Positions 52,128 to 55,070 of a stretch of 55,070 nucleotides of DNA are shown one piece after another. The notes below the pieces were generated by a model that was not told the origin of the DNA, did no database searches, and was given only the letters and a program-made list of their open reading frames with translations. Source of the DNA: a virus (Duplodnaviria > Heunggongvirae > Uroviricota > Caudoviricetes); IMG/VR virus record IMGVR_UViG_3300047444_000299, positions 128,001 to 183,070 of that record; one strand, 5' to 3'. Position 1 is the stretch's first letter; every line of letters starts with the position of its first letter. The translations under genes were made by a program, and so were the position numbers.

Positions 52128-54650
52128 GTGTCACGATTTTTTACCGCTGTTGACCGTATCGGCCAACACATTTTTGTGCGTGGATATGACAATGGTATCC
52201 CGTTCCGTGAGAAGTACAACTATTCTCCAACCCTGTTTGTACCCACCAACAAACCAACCGGCTATACCGATATCTACGGTGTAAACCAGTTGCCTATGCA
52301 TTTTGACAACATGTATGAAGCCTCGGCTTACATCCGTGATACTCAAGCTGTGTCGAACGGTGTTGTCAATGGGATGGACAACTTTACCCTCGCATTTATT
52401 TCCGACGTGTTTGGCGATCAAAAGCCGGATACCAAGATAGTCCGTATTAAGAACCTCGACATCGAAGTTCATGCCGCAACTTATACCGATCCGAATGACC
52501 CATCAACCGCCAAGGCTGACGGCTTTCCTGACCCGGAAATCTGTAAATGGCCTGTTGATGCAATCACGATGTATGACAACATTGATGATCGATACGACGT
52601 GTATTCGTATCGTACATGGTCAAAGACCAAATCAACGTTGAAACCTGAGTTGCTGGCGAAAGTCCGGTTCCACAAGTTTGTCAACGAAAAGGAAATGCTC
52701 CAAGAGTTTGTACAAGACTGGCGCGAGAATTTCCCGGATATCGTCACCGGTTGGTATTCCAACAGCTTCGATATTCCATATCTGCACCGCCGTATCACAA
52801 TGGTTCTGGGTGAGTCTGTAGCGGATTCCCTGAGCCCGTATGGTCGTACAGAAATCAAGACCATGCAGGACAACCAGAACGGCCAGCGTCAAATCATCAA
52901 ATTGCTAGGCATTGCCCAGCTTGATTACATTGAACTGTACAAGAAGTTTGTTCTTGAGCCGCGTTCTAGTTTCCGGTTGGGTAACATTGCAACCATCGAA
53001 TTAGGTGAAACCAAACTGGACTTTGAGGGTTCTTTGGTCGAATTAGCGATCAACGATCCACAACGGTATCTGGATTACAACATCGTGGACGTGGATCTGG
53101 TTAAACGGATCAACGAGAAACTGTTGCTGATTGACCTCATGATGTACATGACGTATGACGCGGGCATGACATTTGAGGATGGGTTCTCGCCTATCAAACA
53201 ATGGGATTCGATCATTTTCAACCACCTTCGGAAGTTGAAGAAAGTCGTTCCGATGAAACGCCGTAATACCCCATCGAAATTCGAGGGGGCGTTTGTAAAA
53301 GATCCGCTGGTAGGGTTCTGGAAATGGATCATGTCGTTCGACTTGGAATCTCTGTATCCGGGGATTATTCGTCAACTAAATATCAGTCCCGAAACCATCA
53401 TTGATCAATATTACACCGCGAACGTCGATGATTTTGTCAATGGCAAAGTCAAGATGGACAACGAGCAGTATTCGGTCGGTGCTAACGGCACTCGCTACCG
53501 GAAAGATATCCGGGGTGTGATTCCAACCGTAGTTGAACATGTATTCAACCAGCGGAAGGTGTTCAAGAATTTGATGAAAGAGGCCAAGCAGGCTGGTAAC
53601 CATGATGACGTTCGTAAATACGACCTGTTGCAGAAAGCGGCTAAGATCGCGATCAACTCTGCATATGGCGCATTGGGTAACGCGTTCTTCCGGTACTACG
53701 ACCTTCGCAACGCCGAGGCTGTGACCTTAACCGGTCAGGTTATTATCAAATGGTCTGCAAACCACTTCAACGATATGTTGAACAATGCGATTGGTGGCCC
53801 GAAGAAAGATCGGGTTGTGGCGATTGATACCGACTCTTGCTATGTGTGTTTTGATGATTTGGTTCAAAAGTTCTACCCTAACCGGTCGATCAACGACACC
53901 GTAAACATGTTGGATCAATTCGCGGAAAAGAAAGTACAGCCGCTGTTGAACAAATGGTACGCCGAACTAGCTACCTACATGAACCATTACGCATCTGTCA
54001 TGTACATGAAGCGTGAAGCGATTTCTTCAACCGGGTTCTTTATCGCGAAGAAACGCTATGCCCTTTGGGTGTGGGATATGGAAGGTTACCGCTATAAGGA
54101 ACCTGAAACCAAGATCATGGGCATTGAAACCCAGCGTGGTAGTACCCCTGCCTACGTGCGTACTGCATTGAAAGATGCAATTGATATGATCCTTGGGGAA
54201 CAGCGGGATAATTTGATTCAATTGGTTACAACCGTCGAGAAACACTATCAGACGGTGGACTACAGGGAGATTGCTGGGGTTTCCTCCGCAAACAACCTAC
54301 AGAAGTACAGCTTGCCGGGTCTGCTACCGGGATTCAAATGTCCGGGGCACATCAAAGGGGTATTAGCCCACAACCGAATGGCTGCAAAACTTGACGGGGT
54401 TGATCCGATCAAGGAAGGCGAGAAAATCGCTATGGTTCGCCTGAGAACTCCGAATAAATACGGTTCCGAAACGATGGCTTACCTCGCAGGTTCGCGAATC
54501 CCGGAAGCGATGGACCCAGATATGATGCTTCGGTATTTGGATCGGAATTTGATGTATGAGAAATCGTTCATCAAACCACTAGCAACAATTTGTGATGCAA
54601 TTGGATGGAAATACAAAGATTCCATCTGTCTTGAAGACTTCTTTATGTGA
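52128..54650 (+). CDS. 43: Family B DNA polymerase gp43
   Basis: DIE exonuclease, SFDLESLYP, KIAINSAYG, DTDS, KKRYAL. Confidence 0.97.
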   Translation: MSRFFTAVDRIGQHIFVRGYDNGIPFREKYNYSPTLFVPTNKPTGYTDIYGVNQLPMHFDNMYEASAYIRDTQAVSNGVVNGMDNFTLAFISDVFGDQKPDTKIVRIKNLDIEVHAATYTDPNDPSTAKADGFPDPEICKWPVDAITMYDNIDDRYDVYSYRTWSKTKSTLKPELLAKVRFHKFVNEKEMLQEFVQDWRENFPDIVTGWYSNSFDIPYLHRRITMVLGESVADSLSPYGRTEIKTMQDNQNGQRQIIKLLGIAQLDYIELYKKFVLEPRSSFRLGNIATIELGETKLDFEGSLVELAINDPQRYLDYNIVDVDLVKRINEKLLLIDLMMYMTYDAGMTFEDGFSPIKQWDSIIFNHLRKLKKVVPMKRRNTPSKFEGAFVKDPLVGFWKWIMSFDLESLYPGIIRQLNISPETIIDQYYTANVDDFVNGKVKMDNEQYSVGANGTRYRKDIRGVIPTVVEHVFNQRKVFKNLMKEAKQAGNHDDVRKYDLLQKAAKIAINSAYGALGNAFFRYYDLRNAEAVTLTGQVIIKWSANHFNDMLNNAIGGPKKDRVVAIDTDSCYVCFDDLVQKFYPNRSINDTVNMLDQFAEKKVQPLLNKWYAELATYMNHYASVMYMKREAISSTGFFIAKKRYALWVWDMEGYRYKEPETKIMGIETQRGSTPAYVRTALKDAIDMILGEQRDNLIQLVTTVEKHYQTVDYREIAGVSSANNLQKYSLPGLLPGFKCPGHIKGVLAHNRMAAKLDGVDPIKEGEKIAMVRLRTPNKYGSETMAYLAGSRIPEAMDPDMMLRYLDRNLMYEKSFIKPLATICDAIGWKYKDSICLEDFFM

Positions 54651-54656
54651 GTAAGT

Positions 54657-55070
54657 ATGAGCGAAAAATCGAGTTTGATGCAAAGACTGTTGAAAGCCAC
54701 GACCCGCGATGATGTCGCGGTTCTGGGTCAATCGACACTGTTTAATGAAAAAGACTTTGCCCCAACATCCGTGCCAATTTTGAACGTGGCATTGAGTGGG
54801 CGGGTCAAGGGTGGTTTACCATCCGGTATTCTGTCGATTGCGGCGGAATCGAAACACTTTAAAACCAACTTTGCATTGCTGTTGGTTGCGGCATACCTTC
54901 GGAAGCACAAAGACGCGGTATGTATTCTGTTGGACTCCGAATTCGGTATTACCCCTGAATACCTGAAATCGTTTGGTATTGATCCAAATCGTGTGATTCA
55001 CATCCCGATTTACCATATCGAACAATTGACTTTCGAGTTCGCGGCGCAGCTCAAAGAGATTCAGCGTAAC
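54657..55070 (+). CDS. uvsX: RecA-like recombinase UvsX, 5' part (runs off window)
   Basis: Manual: LNVALSG..GGLPSG...AAESKHFKT...LDSEFG. Confidence 0.93.
   Translation, partial: MSEKSSLMQRLLKATTRDDVAVLGQSTLFNEKDFAPTSVPILNVALSGRVKGGLPSGILSIAAESKHFKTNFALLLVAAYLRKHKDAVCILLDSEFGITPEYLKSFGIDPNRVIHIPIYHIEQLTFEFAAQLKEIQRN

Noticed and set aside
52128-54650. Split, intron- or intein-containing DNA polymerase
   Set aside because: Single continuous 840-aa ORF with all family B motifs
1-55070. Genome-wide amber recoding (code 15)
   Set aside because: All core genes are full length in the standard code; only one in-frame TAG candidate seen

Overview
A 55-kb segment of a large T4-like (Straboviridae/Tevenvirinae-type) myophage genome with three blocks. 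(1) 1-22364: baseplate and tail morphogenesis genes. The minus strand carries 10, 9, 8, 7, 6, 25, a side-fibre cassette, a PAAR-peptidase M15 fusion, 5, a hub gene, 53 and 48. The plus strand carries 4, 2, 54, 26, 51, 29 and 3. (2) 22365-45540: an accessory and RNA region. It holds a ~750-nt non-coding transcript, dNMP kinase, many small ORFs, two HNH nucleases, a DUF2828/vWA protein, 28 readable tRNAs (all 20 amino acids plus a CUA amber-type tRNA), about a dozen aberrant tRNA-like genes and many other structured RNAs. (3) 45732-55070: the core replication block 55, 47, 46, 45, 44, 62, regA, 43 and uvsX. The most striking signal is a family of nine dispersed ncRNAs. Each has a covarying 7-bp terminal helix, an invariant ACAGCA(A) motif and a variable cargo, which in four copies is a circularly permuted tRNA (YrlA/Y-RNA-like). 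They lie downstream of the helical+vWA (Ro60-like architecture) DUF2828 gene, suggesting a phage Ro/Y-like RNP system. Also notable are a -1 slippery site fusing gp26 to gp51, an amber tRNA near an ORF with an in-frame TAG, and a phage-specific TGTTTAG-N18-TAnnnT promoter class. All calls were made by eye; no database searches were run.
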